Below, piece by piece: positions 10,135 through 20,997 of a stretch of DNA of 64,000 nt (positions are counted from its first letter, which is position 1; each line of letters opens with the position of its first letter). A model generated the notes under the pieces. The model had not been told where the DNA came from. It did not search any database and saw nothing but the letters and a program-made list of their open reading frames with translations. The DNA is from Acholeplasmataceae bacterium. GTDB lineage: Bacteria > Bacillota_I > Bacilli_A > Acholeplasmatales > Acholeplasmataceae. The position numbers and the translations under genes are program-made. The DNA is taken from NCBI GenBank assembly GCA_963667565.1, contig OY763415.1:1088001-1152000 (forward strand), read 5' to 3'.

Positions 10135-10758
10135 CTATATTTTTTTGACGATGAGACTAGTCCCATCTGTAACATCTAAAATTGTAACACTTTGATTCGG
10201 TAAAATATCTTCTTGATCATGAGTTACTGCATCTACTTCTACGTAACGATCATCAATGACTAAATTAATTTTACCTTTTCCTGAATTATTTTTAGGGATA
10301 CGCATGTAAACAGTTGCTGTTTTACCAATCGCATTATGATAATCAATATTCCCTGAAGATTCTAACTTCATGGCTTGTTTTAAAGCATAAGCTAATAGCA
10401 CTGCAGCTATAAAACCCGCAAACATACCAATAAGAGTTGCAACTATAGGATGTACATAATCAATAAATAACATAGTTACCCATGATCCCACACTCAAAAA
10501 TGCAAGTGTACCTCTAATTGTAAAAATCTTTAATCCACCAACAGATGAAAGTGGTTCATCATTGAAATGATCGATTCCGTCTGCATGAACATCAAAATCT
10601 AAGTCATCCATACCATCGACTCCACCATCAAAACCATCAAATTGAGTGTGATCAAAACCCATAAACATTAGAATGATGAAAATAACCATCACAACAGTTG
10701 CCGTGACAGCAATATAGAACAATATTTGTTGATAATCTGTTAGACTATCCCACCACAT
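10135..10758 (-). CDS. NfeD-like membrane protein (flotillin partner)
   Basis: TM segments plus an OB-fold C-terminus (IGKTATVY...GKI); adjacent to flotillin. Confidence 0.85.
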   Translation of the reverse strand: MWWDSLTDYQQILFYIAVTATVVMVIFIILMFMGFDHTQFDGFDGGVDGMDDLDFDVHADGIDHFNDEPLSSVGGLKIFTIRGTLAFLSVGSWVTMLFIDYVHPIVATLIGMFAGFIAAVLLAYALKQAMKLESSGNIDYHNAIGKTATVYMRIPKNNSGKGKINLVIDDRYVEVDAVTHDQEDILPNQSVTILDVTDGTSLIVKKI

Positions 10759-10818
10759 AAATTGTACCCCCTTTATAGTACTTCTATAATATTATTTTAC
10801 CATATTTGTATAGTTTTG

Positions 10819-12783
10819 TTAATGATTTTCAAACCAATTTGTAATGTCATTAAGACGTTTAATACGCGCATGTGGTTTTCCACTTCTTGAGAGTTCATGC
10901 GTTTCACCTTTGAACCAAACAAGTTTTGTATCGACACCTTTGTATTTTAAAACTGAATAAAACTGCATAGCTTGTTCAATTGGACAACGATAATCTTCAT
11001 CAGAATGGATAAAGAGTGTTGGTGTCTCTACTTGATTTGCATATTTTAAAGGCGATTGTTCCCACATGAGCGAAACGTCATCTAATGGGTTTGATGCGGT
11101 TTGGTCTTTAGCAAAATAAAATCCAATATCTGAAGTACCAAAAAATGAAACCCAATTGGAAATACTTCTTTGTGTTACAGCAGCCTTGAAACGATTTGTA
11201 TGTCCAATAATCCAATTGGTCATAAATCCACCATATGAACCACCTGTTACATAGAGTTTTGTTTCATCGATTTGAGGAACTTTTTTTATCACTAAATCAA
11301 CGAAATTCATGATATCTTCATAATCTATAGTTCCATATTTACCTCTAATATCTGCAAATGCATCACCTTTTCCATCAGATCCTCTTGGATTACAATACAT
11401 CACAATATATCCTAAACTTGCCCAATATTGCATTTCATGATAGTAAGTTGACCCATAAACAGTTTTAGGCCCACCATGAATATCCAAAATTGCTTTGTAT
11501 GATTTGTCTTTATCAAAATCAATTGGATATAAAACAAAACCTGTGACTTCATGAGTAGGTTTTTTTAATATAATTTTTTTAGGTTTAGCTACATAATAAT
11601 CCTTAATTGTACGATAATTTAATCGCGTAAGTTGTTGATCTCTTCCATGATTAAATGCATAAATTTCTTGAAGTCTTTGTTTTAATTGACCTACAAAATA
11701 AATCTTTTCTTCTACCATGGTTAACCCTTCAACTGAGCCATTTGCTTTAAATATAGTTTCTATGTTTCCATCACTACTTAAAGACATGATTTCAGCATGG
11801 TCATCAATGGTTGCAATAAATATGAGTCGATTACTTTCACTTATCGTTTGTGATTGTCCGCCTAGTCTTACATCAGATCCAATCGTATTGCCTATCGCTT
11901 GTCCAAATTTAGCAAATAACTCTAAATCTTGATTCTTTATCAAATAAAAATCATTATTTTGGTTAAGACCAAATAATTTTTGATCTGTAGCAGCACAAAT
12001 CAACTGATCACCAATAAATTCGATAAATGCAATATCATATGCTTTTTTATCATAGACGACTTCTGTTTTTTCCTCAATCAAATCATAACGATAAACGTTA
12101 GTATATAATACTTGAAGTTGTGATTTTGGTGTTGCTGTATAATAAATGTACCGTTGATTTTTAGAAATAAGAATTTGACCTACTTTAAGTGTTTCATCAG
12201 TTATTTTCTTAACTTCTTTTGATTCAATATCATATAAATAGATTGATGATTGTTTACCTTGAACAAATCCTTGACCATTAAAATAAAATGGTATTTGATC
12301 TATATCTTCATACAATAAATCTATTTTTCTGTCTTTTAAATATTGTTTTCTTGTCTTTTCATCACAATTAATTAATACTTCATCTTGTTTTGATAAATTT
12401 GATGAAAGAATTAACTTGTTTTTAATGCGTTTGATTAAGTTTGTTGGAAATTGAAACTCAAAAGCTTTGGAAACAACTTTAGTATCTAAATTATATCTGT
12501 AATAAATGGTATAAAATTCTTTTCTTTGTTTTTCTTCTATTGTATTTTTTGCATAAGGAAACAAAATTGTAGAATCATCTTCCCATACAAATGAGGAATT
12601 ATCTTTAAGTTGAATGAGTTTTGCCATTTTATAGTTTTCTATTTTGTAGAGGTCATAAACATAATTGTTTTTATCCTCATCTGCTTTTGCACTTAAAAAA
12701 GCAAGCATATTTTTTGATGGATTTGCTTTCATTTGAGAAATAAATTTAAATTTCGTGAACAAATCAACTTCGATTTTCTGCAT
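10819..12783 (-). CDS. S9 family (acylaminoacyl/dipeptidyl) peptidase
   Basis: HGGP, GGSYGG and D...H catalytic motifs. Confidence 0.92.
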   Translation of the reverse strand: MQKIEVDLFTKFKFISQMKANPSKNMLAFLSAKADEDKNNYVYDLYKIENYKMAKLIQLKDNSSFVWEDDSTILFPYAKNTIEEKQRKEFYTIYYRYNLDTKVVSKAFEFQFPTNLIKRIKNKLILSSNLSKQDEVLINCDEKTRKQYLKDRKIDLLYEDIDQIPFYFNGQGFVQGKQSSIYLYDIESKEVKKITDETLKVGQILISKNQRYIYYTATPKSQLQVLYTNVYRYDLIEEKTEVVYDKKAYDIAFIEFIGDQLICAATDQKLFGLNQNNDFYLIKNQDLELFAKFGQAIGNTIGSDVRLGGQSQTISESNRLIFIATIDDHAEIMSLSSDGNIETIFKANGSVEGLTMVEEKIYFVGQLKQRLQEIYAFNHGRDQQLTRLNYRTIKDYYVAKPKKIILKKPTHEVTGFVLYPIDFDKDKSYKAILDIHGGPKTVYGSTYYHEMQYWASLGYIVMYCNPRGSDGKGDAFADIRGKYGTIDYEDIMNFVDLVIKKVPQIDETKLYVTGGSYGGFMTNWIIGHTNRFKAAVTQRSISNWVSFFGTSDIGFYFAKDQTASNPLDDVSLMWEQSPLKYANQVETPTLFIHSDEDYRCPIEQAMQFYSVLKYKGVDTKLVWFKGETHELSRSGKPHARIKRLNDITNWFENH

Positions 12784-12881
12784 CGTTATCACCTCTTCAT
12801 ATTGTATTCATTATAATATAATGAAACGATTTAGTCCATAAAAAAAAGATGTTTCATCAAGAAACATCAAATTTTTTTATA

Positions 12882-14117
12882 TTAAATAACAAAATTACCT
12901 TTTTCAAATACTTTCACTTCAACACCATCATGTGTAAGTCCAATAATTTCCATATCTTCGTTACCAAACATGAAGTCAACATGATTCATTGAATTATTAT
13001 ATCCTTTTTTCTCAAGTTCAGCAATTGGTGCACCAATGCCACCTTTGATGTTCATTGGATAAGCACGACCAAGTGCCATATGACAAGATGCATTTTCATC
13101 AAATAATGTGTTTAGGAATAAAATATTTGTATTTGAGATTGGTGAGTCATGACTAATTAGTGCAATTTCACCGATATATCTACTACCTTCATCAGTATCT
13201 AATAAACTCTTAAGTGTTGCTTCTTCTTTTTGAGCACCGAAATCAACAACCTTACCATCTTTAAATTCTAACCAAAAGTTTTCGATGAGTTTACCTTGAT
13301 AGTTAAGTGGTTTAGTTGCAACAACTTTACCACGTGTTCCAAATTTATAAGGCATTGTAAATGTTTCTTCAGTTGGGATGTTTGGATTGAAATAAGTACC
13401 GTTAGCAGCGTGTTCGCCACCACCAGCCCAAATATGATCTTCAACAAGTTCAACAATTAAATCTGTACCAATGCTGTTTTTAAAATGTAGATGTTTAAAA
13501 TTATAATCATTTAATACTTTGTTGTGTGCTAATAATACTTCATTATGTTTAGCCCATTCTAAGATTGGATCACTATCTTCTTTAACACGGCTTGCATCAA
13601 AAATTGCTTCCCAAAGTTTTTCGACAGCTTCTACTTCACCTAAATTAGGAAATACTTGTTTTGCCCAAATGGCATTAGGTGCAGCAATAATTGTCCATTG
13701 TGAACGATTTCCCATCATATGTTCTCTCCAAAAATGGATTGCTTGTGATGTAGCAATCATTGATTTTTGAGATTTAGATGGATCGACATCTTTGTGAAGA
13801 CCAGGAATTGGTGATGAAATTGAGATAAAACATGCGTTATGATCAACATAATAATGATATTTATCAATGATAAATTGTGGTACTTCGACTAAAGTTTCAT
13901 CATCAGCAAACATTAAATAATCTCTTGAAACGAATTCATCTCCCCATTCAATAAATACTCTTTTAGCTCCTGCTAAATAAGCTTGTTTTGAAACCTCTCT
14001 AGCAATGTCAACCGTATCTGTCGATGCACGAACAACAACGATTTGTCCTTTATTCACATTTGCACCAACTTTGACAGCTAATTCTGCTAATTTTGATACT
14101 AATACTTGATTTGGCAT
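12882..14117 (-). CDS. M29 aminopeptidase (AmpS/PepS type)
   Basis: NIPTEE, GEIAL, LFDENASCHMALG and HVDFM motifs. Confidence 0.92.
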   Translation of the reverse strand: MPNQVLVSKLAELAVKVGANVNKGQIVVVRASTDTVDIAREVSKQAYLAGAKRVFIEWGDEFVSRDYLMFADDETLVEVPQFIIDKYHYYVDHNACFISISSPIPGLHKDVDPSKSQKSMIATSQAIHFWREHMMGNRSQWTIIAAPNAIWAKQVFPNLGEVEAVEKLWEAIFDASRVKEDSDPILEWAKHNEVLLAHNKVLNDYNFKHLHFKNSIGTDLIVELVEDHIWAGGGEHAANGTYFNPNIPTEETFTMPYKFGTRGKVVATKPLNYQGKLIENFWLEFKDGKVVDFGAQKEEATLKSLLDTDEGSRYIGEIALISHDSPISNTNILFLNTLFDENASCHMALGRAYPMNIKGGIGAPIAELEKKGYNNSMNHVDFMFGNEDMEIIGLTHDGVEVKVFEKGNFVI

Positions 14118-14195
14118 ATAAACCCTTCTTTCTACGTTTAATAGTTCTATTTTATCATATTCGCAATAAATAAAAAAAGTCTTTAAAAAGACTTT

Positions 14196-15617
14196 TTATT
14201 CAGGAATTGTAATAATTCTAAGTGAGTTAGTTGTTCCGTGTTGTTGAGCCCAACCAGATGTAATAATGATTTGTTGACCTGCTGTAAATCCATTTGCTTT
14301 AGCAACTTCAATAGCAGCTTCATCATATTTATAAAAATTAGTAACATCTTCTCTAAATGCAGGAAATACTCCCCAATAGTATGATAAGTAATGGCAAGTT
14401 TCTAAATGGTCAGTAATTGCTAAGACAGGTACTGAAGGTCTAAACTTACTAATACGTCTTGCTGTACCACCTGTTTCAGTAAATGCAACAACTGCTACAA
14501 CATTTTCTAAAGCTAACGCAGTTTGACTTACTGCAATACCGATTGCATCATTAATAGTTCCTTGTTGAGTTTTAATTGAACGCTCTAAAATAGTTTCATA
14601 AGGAATATTGTTTTCAATAGCTTTAGCGATTGTATCCATTGTTTGAACAGCTTCAATTGGATAATCACCAGCAGCAGATTCACCAGATAACATAATTGCA
14701 TCTGTACCATCAAGAATCGCATTAGCGACGTCTGATGCTTCAGCACGCGTAGGTCTTGGAGATTGCATCATTGACTCAAGCATATGAGTTGCAGTAATGA
14801 CTGGTTTACCTTTTTCGTTTGCTAATTTAATAATTTTCTTTTGATAAAGTGGAACTAATTGAGTTGATACTTCAACCCCTAAATCTCCACGAGCAACCAT
14901 AACACCATCAGATACTTCTAAAATTGATTCAAGATTATCAACACCTTCTTGATTTTCAATCTTAGCGATTAATTCAATGTATGGTTTACCAACTTTTTGT
15001 AAAATTTCACGTACAGCTAATACATCTTCTTTTCTTCTAACAAATGATAATGCGATCATGTCAACATTTTTTTCTGCAACAAATACGATGTCATCATAGT
15101 CTTTTTGTGAAATAAATGGCATTGATAATTTCACATTAGGAACGTTAACACCTTTACGTGTTTTAATCACACCAGGATTATTAATTTCACATTTTAAGAC
15201 ACCATCAGCAACTTCTAATACATTTAATCTCATTTTTCCATCATCGATTAAAAGGTAATCTCCAACAGAAATATCATCATATAATTCGTTACACTCAATA
15301 TGGAATCGATCGTGATTTCCTAAGATAGCTTCTCTATGAACTTCAACGATATCACCTTTTTTAAATGTAGCGAATCCATTTTCAAATTGTCCACAACGGA
15401 TTTCAGGTCCTTTAGTATCAGCAAGTACACCAATGAATTGATTTCTTTCTTTAGCGACTTTTCTAATCATATCTACTCTTGTACCATGTTCTTCATGAGT
15501 TGCATGAGAAAAATTAAGTCTTGCAACATTCATACCAGCGTCGATCATTTTACCAATCATCACGTCATTATCAATAGATGGACCTACTGTACAAACGATT
15601 TTTGTCTTTCTTTTCAT
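14196..15617 (-). CDS. pyk: Pyruvate kinase
   Basis: RLNFSH, DTKGPEIR, ARGDLG and MLSGES motifs. Confidence 0.97.
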   Translation of the reverse strand: MKRKTKIVCTVGPSIDNDVMIGKMIDAGMNVARLNFSHATHEEHGTRVDMIRKVAKERNQFIGVLADTKGPEIRCGQFENGFATFKKGDIVEVHREAILGNHDRFHIECNELYDDISVGDYLLIDDGKMRLNVLEVADGVLKCEINNPGVIKTRKGVNVPNVKLSMPFISQKDYDDIVFVAEKNVDMIALSFVRRKEDVLAVREILQKVGKPYIELIAKIENQEGVDNLESILEVSDGVMVARGDLGVEVSTQLVPLYQKKIIKLANEKGKPVITATHMLESMMQSPRPTRAEASDVANAILDGTDAIMLSGESAAGDYPIEAVQTMDTIAKAIENNIPYETILERSIKTQQGTINDAIGIAVSQTALALENVVAVVAFTETGGTARRISKFRPSVPVLAITDHLETCHYLSYYWGVFPAFREDVTNFYKYDEAAIEVAKANGFTAGQQIIITSGWAQQHGTTNSLRIITIPE

Positions 15618-15684
15618 ATTTTATAAAACTCCTATTCTTTTTTTCCATTACTATTATACCATTTTCATTTTGTTTTCATAGAAA

Positions 15685-15724
15685 AAGCCATTTTGTGAAA
15701 ACATTTACATTCACAAAATGGCTT
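15685..15724 (-). terminator. degV terminator
   Basis: AAGCCATTTTGTGAA...TTCACAAAATGGCTT with a T-run on the minus strand. Confidence 0.7.
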
Positions 15725-15738
15725 ACTTTTTCATTTTT

Positions 15739-16614
15739 TTAGCGTTGATTGCCCATGAAAAATACTGCAATTGTTCCAGGACCAGAGTGAGCACCAATGA
15801 TTGGACCAATGAATCCAAAAATAATTTCCTTCACACCAATCTCTTTTTGAATAAGTTCTGCGGTAAATTTTGCATCTTCTAAATCGTCTCCATGAGAAAT
15901 AAAGATCGTTTGTTTGCTTGCATTTTCAATACGTTCTTTCATAAGTTCAACAAGTGTTTCAAGAGATGTTCTTCTCCCTCTCGCTTTTTTAATAGGAATA
16001 AGTTTACCTTCATTTGAAACATGAAGGACTGGTTTTACTTTTAAGAGTGACCCAAGTAAAGCTTGAGCACCTGATAATCGACCACCACGTTTAAGTGTTC
16101 CTAAATCATCAACTGTAAATAAATGGATAAGGTGTAGTTTGTTTGCTTCAAGATATGCTGCTACTTCTTCTATAGTCTTACCTTTTTGTGCTTCAAGATA
16201 TGTATAATAAACTAATAGTCCTTGACCCATAGAAGCAGATAATGAATCAATAATGATAATTTTCCTTTCTGGATATTCCTCTTTTAATGATTCAACTGCT
16301 AAATATGCAGATTGTACAGTACCTGATAAAGCTGAAGAGAAACCCACATATAAAATATCTTTCCCATCTTTCAAAAATGGTTCAAAGAATTCGATGAATT
16401 GACCTACATTGATCAAAGATGTAATTGCGACTTCTTTGTTTCGCATATCTTCATAAAATGTTTTAATCTTTAAATATCTTTCATCTGGATAATGTTTAAA
16501 CACTTCTCCTTTGATTTCTACGCTTAATGGTACAATTTTAATATCCATTGCATGTACTTGTTCATTTGTTAAATCACTACAAGAATCTGTTGCTATAATA
16601 TATGTTTGATTCAT
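15739..16614 (-). CDS. DegV family fatty-acid-binding protein (FakB-like)
   Basis: TDSCSDL, SSALSGT, LKRGGR and HSGPG motifs. Confidence 0.92.
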   Translation of the reverse strand: MNQTYIIATDSCSDLTNEQVHAMDIKIVPLSVEIKGEVFKHYPDERYLKIKTFYEDMRNKEVAITSLINVGQFIEFFEPFLKDGKDILYVGFSSALSGTVQSAYLAVESLKEEYPERKIIIIDSLSASMGQGLLVYYTYLEAQKGKTIEEVAAYLEANKLHLIHLFTVDDLGTLKRGGRLSGAQALLGSLLKVKPVLHVSNEGKLIPIKKARGRRTSLETLVELMKERIENASKQTIFISHGDDLEDAKFTAELIQKEIGVKEIIFGFIGPIIGAHSGPGTIAVFFMGNQR

Positions 16615-16756
16615 GTATAGTCCTCCAATTGGTTGATATATAGTCATATTTTATCATGTTACTAATTATTTCCATACTTTTTAATATATTTTTATATCAT
16701 ATCTATGATATATGTTTATGAAAAATACGTTTTCATTATTTTTCTCATTTTTTATA

Positions 16757-16785
16757 TTGCTTTATTTTTTCTTACATGTTAACAT
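16757..16785 (+). promoter_or_regulatory. Putative promoter of the amino-acid ABC operon leader
   Basis: TTGCTT-17 nt-TAACAT with an extended TG. Confidence 0.45.
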
Positions 16786-16791
16786 TTTATT

Positions 16792-17022
16792 ACGCAAAGC
16801 AAAACAGCTTTGATTTCCAAGATAGGCTATGAATAGTCCTTGAGTATAACTTTTAAAATGATAAAAGTATGCTTAATGACTCTAGTTCTTGAGTATACTG
16901 AGATAATAATCTTCGTTGCTTTAAGGTTCATAGTCCTTGAGTATAGAAGATATTTTTTTTATTTTCTTGTTCAAGGGCTATCTTCCCTTGATAATCAGAG
17001 TCTTTGCGCAAAGACTTTTTTT
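16792..17022 (+). ncRNA. Unclassified structured leader RNA: three tandem hairpins with a shared 5' arm, plus an intrinsic terminator
   Basis: TAGT(C/T)CTTGAGTATA at 16834, 16883 and 16931. Each copy pairs with its own downstream arm using G-U pairs. Terminator AGTCTTT-GCGC-AAAGACT-T-run at 16999-17022. Confidence 0.6.
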
Positions 17023-17045
17023 ATTTATTAAAGGAGAGAGAGAAA

Positions 17046-17858
17046 ATGAAAAAAATATTTTTAGGTTTACTTTTATTAGCAGCTACATTATCACTTGCTG
17101 CATGTTCTACAACTTCAACAAACGTATTTGAATTTGTATTAGATGATAGTTTTACAGAATACTTAACCATGGAAACATCTGCTGACTATCCACCATTTGA
17201 AAACATTGAAGAAGTTGACGGAAAAATGACTGTTGTTGGTGTTGATATTGAAATCGCTAAAGCTATCGCATTATCAGCTGGAAAAAACTTAAGAGTTGTT
17301 CATAAAGGATTTGACTTCTTAATTACAGACATTCAAGATGGAAAAGCAGATTTTTCAATTGCTGCAATTACCCCTACACCAGAACGTTATGAAGTTGTTG
17401 ATTTTTCAGATGTATATTTAGATAGTGATAATGATCAAGTTGCTGTTATTAAAACTACTGATGCAGACACTTATAAAACTTTAGCCGATATTAATTTAGC
17501 TGCTGTTAAAATAGGTGCACAAACTGGTAGTTTACAATCTTATATTTTACAAGATCAAGCTCCAGATGCTTATGCTGTATATTTACAAGATTTAAATACG
17601 TTATTTGAAAATCTAGACAATGGACAAATTAATGTTTTATTATCTGAAAAAACAGTTGCTGAAACATACATTGCTGCTGAATATTCAGATTTAATGATCG
17701 CATTTGATGTATATTCTGCTTACAGTGGAAATGCAGTCGCAGTACAAAAAGGTAATACAGCATTACTTGCAATCATTAATAGTACAATTGCTTCATTAAA
17801 AGTAGATGGACAGATTGATGCATGGGTTGAATACTACTCTTCATTATATGAATCATGA
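17046..17858 (+). CDS. Polar amino-acid ABC transporter substrate-binding lipoprotein
   Basis: Lipobox LAAC; SADYPPFE, GVDIEIA and GAQTGS motifs. Confidence 0.9.
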   Translation: MKKIFLGLLLLAATLSLAACSTTSTNVFEFVLDDSFTEYLTMETSADYPPFENIEEVDGKMTVVGVDIEIAKAIALSAGKNLRVVHKGFDFLITDIQDGKADFSIAAITPTPERYEVVDFSDVYLDSDNDQVAVIKTTDADTYKTLADINLAAVKIGAQTGSLQSYILQDQAPDAYAVYLQDLNTLFENLDNGQINVLLSEKTVAETYIAAEYSDLMIAFDVYSAYSGNAVAVQKGNTALLAIINSTIASLKVDGQIDAWVEYYSSLYES

Positions 17859-18544
17859 TTGGATTATTAGATTTTGACTTTTTACTAAATCCTAATAATA
17901 TTGCTATGCTATTTCAAGGTCTCTTTATGACCTTGATTTTAGCTTTTTTAGCAGTGATGTTAGGAGCAATCCTTGCTATATTACCTGCATTTATGCGTAT
18001 GTCAAAAAATAAAATATTAAAAGGTATAGCAACCACTTATGTCGAAGTGATTCGTGGTACACCTATGCTTGTACAAGTGCTTATCATTTATCAATTAATG
18101 AAACTCCCTTTGATTTTGTTCTTAGGTATTGATATGGGTTCCTTTATTCCTGGACTAGTTGCACTTGTCATCAATTCTTCCGCTTACATGAGCGAAATCA
18201 TTAGAGCTGGTATTTTAGCGGTTGATAAAGGACAAACTGAAGCAGCAAGATCTTTAGGTATGTCACAGACACAAACCATGATAAAAATTATTTTACCCCA
18301 AGCTATCAACAATATTATTCCAGCTTTAGGAAATGAATTTGTTACCATTATTAAAGAAACTTCGATTTTCATGTATTTAGGGGTTGCTGAACTTATGTTC
18401 CAGATAAATATTATTAAATCAAATACATTTAGAGTGACTGAAGTTTATATGGTTGCTGGCGTCTTATATATGATTTTAACCATACCACTTTCTAAACTCA
18501 TGAACTTACTTGAAAGGAGATTACGTTATGCCTACGGTAAATAA
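17855..18544 (+). CDS. Polar amino-acid ABC transporter permease
   Basis: [14 protein letters not shown] and EAARSLG motifs. Confidence 0.93.
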   Translation: MIGLLDFDFLLNPNNIAMLFQGLFMTLILAFLAVMLGAILAILPAFMRMSKNKILKGIATTYVEVIRGTPMLVQVLIIYQLMKLPLILFLGIDMGSFIPGLVALVINSSAYMSEIIRAGILAVDKGQTEAARSLGMSQTQTMIKIILPQAINNIIPALGNEFVTIIKETSIFMYLGVAELMFQINIIKSNTFRVTEVYMVAGVLYMILTIPLSKLMNLLERRLRYAYGK

Positions 18545-19277
18545 TATTATTGAGATCAATCATTTAACGAAGACATTTAATGAAGATCTTCATGCAGTAA
18601 ACGATGTGAGTTTAACGATTAAAAAAGGTGAAGTCGTGTCAATTATTGGTCCTAGCGGGAGTGGAAAATCCACTTTACTTAGATGTATTAATTTTATGGA
18701 AGTACCTACTTCTGGTGAAGTTATCTTTGAAGGTACACAACTCTCTATTAAGGATAAAACGATTAATGTATTAAGACAAAAAATAGGTATGGTGTTTCAA
18801 TCATTTAATCTATTTCCACATTTAAATGTATTAGATAACATCACAATCTCTTTAACCACAGTATTAAAGATGGATAAAGAATCATCCAATCAAATTGCAA
18901 AAGAACTTCTAAAAAAAGTTGGTCTTAGTGAAAAGATAGATAGTTTCCCTGCACAATTATCCGGTGGTCAAAAACAAAGAATTGCGATTGCTAGAGCACT
19001 TGCGATGAATCCTGATGTGATGCTCTTTGATGAACCAACATCTGCACTAGATCCTGAAATGGTTGGTGAAGTCCTCACCGTCATGAAAGATTTAGCGAAT
19101 GCTGGTATGACAATGGCGATTGTCACACATGAGATGGCATTTGCAAAAGAAGTATCTGATCGCGTGATTTTTATGGCTGATGGTAAGATTGTTGAAGAAG
19201 GTTCACCTGAACACATATTTAATCACCCAAAAAAGGATAGAACTATTGATTTTTTAAAACGTGTAACACAAAAATGA
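18528..19277 (+). CDS. Polar amino-acid ABC transporter ATPase (GlnQ-like)
   Basis: [16 protein letters not shown] and [10 protein letters not shown] motifs. Confidence 0.94.
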   Translation: MPTVNNIIEINHLTKTFNEDLHAVNDVSLTIKKGEVVSIIGPSGSGKSTLLRCINFMEVPTSGEVIFEGTQLSIKDKTINVLRQKIGMVFQSFNLFPHLNVLDNITISLTTVLKMDKESSNQIAKELLKKVGLSEKIDSFPAQLSGGQKQRIAIARALAMNPDVMLFDEPTSALDPEMVGEVLTVMKDLANAGMTMAIVTHEMAFAKEVSDRVIFMADGKIVEEGSPEHIFNHPKKDRTIDFLKRVTQK

Positions 19278-19282
19278 CCGAA

Positions 19283-19783
19283 TTAACGGTCATTTTTTTT
19301 ATGTGAATCAACTATTTTTTTAAGTAATCCAGATGAGAGTGGCCCTCTCATTGGTTCTATATTTTCTAAGTCTTTTATATCTACAAAAAAGATATCATCA
19401 ACTTCATCATTTAGTGTTTTATGTCCACCTATGATATCTGCTTTAAATACAACCCAAACCAACCTCGAAGCATCGAGTGTATCTGTATGAAATAATCGAA
19501 GATGATCAACAATGAGCCCTGTTTCTTCAAGACATTCTCTTTTCGCTGCTTCTTCTAGGGTTTCTCCTAAATCTCTAAATCCACCTGGAAATGTATATGT
19601 ATGATTTTTTCTCATACGAATCATTAATACTTGATGATCATCATTTTGAGCATAAATAACTGCAGATACATTAACCCAATTATCAAAGTCAATATAGCCA
19701 CAACTACATGCTTTATAAGTTTTATCTTCAATTATTTGTTCTAATTCTAATTTTTTACCGCATTCAGGACAAAAATTCATCAT
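19283..19783 (-). CDS. Nudix hydrolase with N-terminal zinc ribbon
   Basis: CPECG...CSCG; Nudix box GGFRDLGETLEEAAKRECLEETG. Confidence 0.88.
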   Translation of the reverse strand: MMNFCPECGKKLELEQIIEDKTYKACSCGYIDFDNWVNVSAVIYAQNDDHQVLMIRMRKNHTYTFPGGFRDLGETLEEAAKRECLEETGLIVDHLRLFHTDTLDASRLVWVVFKADIIGGHKTLNDEVDDIFFVDIKDLENIEPMRGPLSSGLLKKIVDSHKKNDR

Positions 19784-19789
19784 ATGCCC

Positions 19790-20299
19790 CTACTTTTCTT
19801 TGATGGGTATCCAAATACCACTTTCATAATCTTCGCTTTGCCCATCACCTAACTTATACCATTCTAAATTAACCGGCATTGACATTTCATATGTTTGTTG
19901 ATTTGGTAGCCATGTTTGAAATACTTGTGTATTTAGTGTTTGGAGTGCATCAGGGAGTTTACCAATAGCTTTAAACTTCGCCCACTTACTTTCATTAAGT
20001 GTTATGAGTTTTAAACCTTTTGGAACAATACCACCTTTAAATAAACCAGCAATCATATATGAAAATGTACCTAGTTCATTATGATCATATCTAATCACTG
20101 CAAATTCTCCAATCATATGATCAATGATTGCTTGATCAATATCAGTTTTAGCAATACCTTGTTCTCTTAATGTTTTTAAATGATGATCCATAAATTCATC
20201 CCAAAACAAAGGAATATCTTTATACGGTTCTTTAAAAGAAACTTCCTTTTCAAAACCTATAAACTGTAATGTTTCTAATTTTTCTATTTGGAAATCCAT
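19790..20299 (-). CDS. GyrI-like small-molecule-binding protein
   Basis: IPLFW, YMIAG, WAKF...G and E.Y...IWIPI pattern. Confidence 0.8.
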   Translation of the reverse strand: MDFQIEKLETLQFIGFEKEVSFKEPYKDIPLFWDEFMDHHLKTLREQGIAKTDIDQAIIDHMIGEFAVIRYDHNELGTFSYMIAGLFKGGIVPKGLKLITLNESKWAKFKAIGKLPDALQTLNTQVFQTWLPNQQTYEMSMPVNLEWYKLGDGQSEDYESGIWIPIKEK

Positions 20300-20373
20300 G
20301 AACTTATCCTCCTATGATCTTAATTTAATTATACAACTAAAAAGACTATAAAAAAACAAGACTTTCATCTTGT

Positions 20374-20886
20374 TCATTTTATATCTTCTTTTTTTATTCT
20401 ATAGAAAGCATCATCTTCATCTTCATGGTGAAAATAAGCACCATTATTGATTTGTACTTTCTTTGATGCTTCATTGTCTTTATAACAGCACATATAAATT
20501 TCATCTTCTATCATCATCGGCTTTATCTCATGAAGAAGTAATCTTAATCCTTGTGTTGCATAACCTTGATGACGATATTTAGGATGGATCCCAAACCCAA
20601 TATGTCCAGATCCTTCTTTTAAGTGATCATTTAAGTAATGTCTAAATTTATATAACCCTATAATCTGAGCATCTTTCCATAAAAAATAGTATGAGTAAGG
20701 AACAAATCCAGTAGGTAAATCAATACCTTTAGAATGATTGATAAGCATTGGAAATTCATGATTCAAAAAATACTCAAAAGTAAGATGTTGTTGTTTATTA
20801 TTAAAACCATTTTCAGAAGGTAATTCTTGTAAAAATTGATATTCTTTTTCAATATCCTCTAAGTTCAATTTTTTAATGTATATCAT
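20374..20886 (-). CDS. GNAT acetyltransferase
   Basis: GHIGFGIHPKYRHQGYAT and NEASKKV motifs. Confidence 0.85.
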   Translation of the reverse strand: MIYIKKLNLEDIEKEYQFLQELPSENGFNNKQQHLTFEYFLNHEFPMLINHSKGIDLPTGFVPYSYYFLWKDAQIIGLYKFRHYLNDHLKEGSGHIGFGIHPKYRHQGYATQGLRLLLHEIKPMMIEDEIYMCCYKDNEASKKVQINNGAYFHHEDEDDAFYRIKKEDIK

Positions 20887-20997
20887 AGTATGACCTCTTT
20901 TACTATTCATTTTAACATATCAAAAATCATATATATTGTTAAAGTCGTAAATTACATATATAATACTAATTAAAACATATTGATATAAGGTGAACTT

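Noticed and set aside
15693..15716. TTGTGAA...TTCACAA upstream of pyk as a Rex box
   Set aside because: The spacer is 10 nt rather than 4, and the arms belong to the longer degV terminator stem.
16693..16736. AT-rich inverted repeats between degV and the ABC leader
   Set aside because: They could be operators, but they are composed almost entirely of A/T and cannot be distinguished from chance here.
16833..16945. Three 15-16-nt repeats with about 33-nt spacers as a mini CRISPR array
   Set aside because: The repeats are too short, there are no cas genes, and the spacers base-pair with the repeats. This fits a structured leader RNA better.
16840..17131. 63-64 aa ORFs in the ABC leader as leader peptides
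   Set aside because: TTG starts without an RBS and no run of a regulatory amino acid. The tiny MNSP* frame also lacks a convincing RBS.
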